NCBI GenBank assembly: GCA_009914755.4
Contig: CP068257.2
Span: 1,824,001 to 1,888,000 of the forward strand
Origin: the human T2T-CHM13v2.0 reference genome, Homo sapiens
Direction: 5' to 3'
Length of the DNA: 64,000 bases
Shown here: piece after piece, positions 62,201 to 64,000 of the stretch
How the letters are laid out: each line of letters starts with the position of its first letter
How positions within the stretch are numbered: the first letter of the stretch is position 1
Notes under the pieces: generated by a model
The model's database searches: none
What the model saw: the letters and a program-made list of their open reading frames with translations, nothing else
Told to the model about the DNA's origin: nothing
Position numbers and translations under genes: made by a program

Positions 62201-64000
62201 ATATGAAAGTACATCAAATATAGATTATATACTGTACATAAAATATCAAAGTACCCCAAGTATATATTATATACTCTACAGGAAATATCAAAGTTCATAC
62301 ACTATATATTATATACTGTACATAAAATATCAAAGTACCCAAGGTATATATTCTATACTGTACAAAAAATATCAAAGTACCCAAAGCATGTATTATATTC
62401 TGTATATAAAATATGAAAGTACATCAAATATATATTTTATTCTGTACATAAAATATCAAAGTACACCAGATATATATTCTATAGTGTACATAAAATAACA
62501 AAGTACACAAACTATAAATTATATACTGTACATAAAATATGAGATTACATCAAATATATATTATATTAGGTACATAAAATATGAAAGTACATCAAATATA
62601 GATTATATACTGTACATAAAATATCAAAGTACCCCAAATATATATTATATACTCTACATGAAATATCAAAGTTCACAAACTATATATTATATACTGTACA
62701 TAAAATATCAAAGTACCCAAGGTATATATTCTATACTGTACAAAAAATATCAAAGTACCCAAAGCATGTATTATATACTGTACATAAAATATGAAAGTAC
62801 ATCAAATATATATTTTATTCTGTACATAAAATATCAAAGTACACCAGATATATATTCTATAGTGTAAATAAAATAACAAAGTACACAACTATACATTATA
62901 TACTGTACAGAAAATATGAAATTACATCAAATATATATTAGGTACATAAAATATGAAAGTACATCAAATATAGATTATATACTGTACATAAAATATCAAA
63001 GTACCCCAAATATATATTATATACTCTACATGAAATATCAAAGTTCACAAACTATATTTTATATACTGTACATAAAATATCAAAGTACCCAAGGTATATA
63101 TTCTATACTGTACAAAAAATATCAAAGTACCCAAAGCATGTATTATATACTGTATATAAAATATGAAAGTACATCAAATATATATTTTATTCTGTACATA
63201 AAATATCAAAGTACACCAGATATATATTCTATAGTGTACATAAAATAACAAAGTACACAAACTATAAATTATATACTGTACATAAAATATGAAATTACAT
63301 CAAACATATATTAGGTACATAAAATATGAAAGTACATCAAATATAGATTATATACTGTACATATAATATCAATGTACCCGAAATATATATTTTATACTCT
63401 ACATGAAATATCAAAGTTCACAAACCATATATTATATACTGTACATAAAATATCAAAGTACCCAAGGTATATATTCTATACTGTACAAAAAATATCAAAG
63501 TACCCAAAGCATGTATTATATACTGTACATAAAATATGAAATTACATCAAATATATATTTTATTCTGTACATAAAATATCAAAGTACACCAGATATATAT
63601 TCTATAGTGTACATAAAATATCAAAGTACCCAAACTATACATTATATACTGTACATAAAATATGAAATTACATCAAATATATATTATATACTGTACATTA
63701 AATACCAAAGTACCCCAAATATATATTTTATACTGTACATGAAATATCAAAGTTCACAAACTATATATTATATACTGTACATAAAATATCAAAGTACCCA
63801 ACGTATATATTCTATACTGTACAAAAAATATCAAAGTACCCAAAGCATGTATTATATACTGTACCTAAAATATGAAAGTACATCAAATATATATTTTATT
63901 CTGTACATAAAATATCAAAGTACACCAGATATATATTCTATAGTGTACATAAAATATCAAAGTACCCAAACTATACATTATATACCGTACATAAAATATG
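59204..64000. repeat. Tandem duplication of a 2584-bp super-unit, about 1.85 copies, truncated by the window end.
   Basis: ORF pairs 59204/61789 (2585), 60074/62658, 60332/62916 (2584) and 60819/63403 are equivalent. The sequence from 63301 onward repeats 60717 onward almost base for base. 2584 = 62 x 42 - 4 x 5, consistent with 62 monomers of which four are the 37-bp form. Confidence 0.8.
60113..60154. repeat. Example single 42-bp monomer: TACATAAAATATCAAAGTACCCAAGGTATATATTCTATACTG.
   Basis: Read directly from the sequence. It is flanked by the CTGTACA junction on both sides, and neighbouring monomers at 60071-60112 and 60155-60196 differ from it by only a few substitutions. Confidence 0.9.

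Larger units (their letters stand above)
1..64000. repeat. Continuous tandem array of a 42-bp AT-rich satellite monomer (about 1,500 copies). All monomers are in the same head-to-tail orientation and the array extends past both window edges. Approximate consensus: TACATAAAATATCAAAGTACCCAAACTATATATTATATACTG.
   Basis: Every 60-bp line contains the recurring motifs TGTACATAAAATAT and CAAAGTAC at 42-bp spacing. Because 42 = 3 x 14, translated ORFs show a strict 14-aa periodicity, for example YQSTQGIYSILYKK / YQSTQSMYYILYIK / YESTSNIYFILYIK. I saw no stretch that departs from the repeat and no reverse-complement copies of the motif on the + strand. Confidence 0.97.
11800..64000. repeat. Satellite domain B, HOR family marked by the 37-bp (5-bp deletion) monomer. 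The predominant sub-period is about 751 bp (2 x 378 - 5, an 18-mer), but irregular. 41-bp monomers with 1-bp deletions also occur. Multi-kb segmental duplications are superimposed.
   Basis: ORF-start spacings of 751 (19672->20423), 748 (14785->15533) and 750 (52659 vs 53409 ORF ends), and 1495 (38546->40041). The motif AAATATATATTAGGTACATAAAATATG recurs at irregular multiples of about 375 to 751 bp, and many period lengths are not multiples of 42. Confidence 0.75.

Noticed and set aside
1-64000. All ORFs in the six-frame track, including 172-432 aa ones such as 16661-17959, 21288-22472 and 34754-35824, considered as possible CDS
   Set aside because: They are translations of the 42-bp (14-codon) repeat with a strict 14-aa periodicity and very low complexity (Y/I/K/S/T/Q). 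They overlap one another and are bounded by repeat-variant stop codons or indel frameshifts. They have no credible start context and no domain-like diversity.
1-64000. CRISPR array (regular short direct repeats)
   Set aside because: There are no unique spacers. Every unit is a variant of the same 42-mer. No cas genes or leader are present, and the 64-kb scale and HOR structure are those of a eukaryotic satellite.
1-64000. Transposable element insertions or unique-sequence islands interrupting the array
   Set aside because: I read through the whole window looking for stretches lacking the TGTACATAAAATAT and CAAAGTAC motifs. None were found, and even the most divergent stretches (8.7-11.8 kb, 16.1-16.6 kb) are still recognisable monomers.
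1-64000. Inversions or orientation switches within the array
   Set aside because: No reverse-complement copies of the core motif (ATATTTTATGTACAG) were seen on the + strand, and the strand composition asymmetry (G-poor + strand) is uniform from start to end.

Overview
The whole 64-kb window is one uninterrupted head-to-tail tandem array of an AT-rich 42-bp satellite monomer, about 1,500 copies in total. The consensus is approximately TACATAAAATATCAAAGTACCCAAACTATATATTATATACTG, which is about 79% A+T and strongly G-poor on the + strand. I see no genes, RNA genes, transposon insertions or unique-sequence islands, and the array runs off both window edges.

Every ORF in the six-frame track is a by-product of the repeat. 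Because 42 bp equals 14 codons, the + frame TAC-ATA-AAA-TAT-CAA-AGT... stays open and translates as a Y/I/K-rich 14-residue periodic string.

The structure worth reporting is the nested higher-order repeat (HOR) architecture:
- A 9-monomer, 378-bp HOR unit underlies the array.
- Domain A (about 1-8.7 kb) is perfectly in register: all its period lengths are multiples of 42 (378, 966, 1344, 2310), it interleaves 9-mer and 23-mer units, and it carries a TACGTA-containing monomer subtype.
- A more divergent transition zone spans about 8.7-11.8 kb.
- Domain B (about 11.8-64 kb) is marked by a 37-bp monomer with a 5-bp deletion. This yields an approximately 751-bp (18-mer) periodicity, and 41-bp monomers with 1-bp deletions also occur.
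- Very recent multi-kb tandem segmental duplications are superimposed, with offsets of 3757/4136, 3206, 9248, 4247/4503/2752 and 2584 bp. Their copies are nearly identical.

Overall this looks like a eukaryotic heterochromatic, possibly centromeric or pericentromeric, satellite. I cannot assign the organism from sequence alone.
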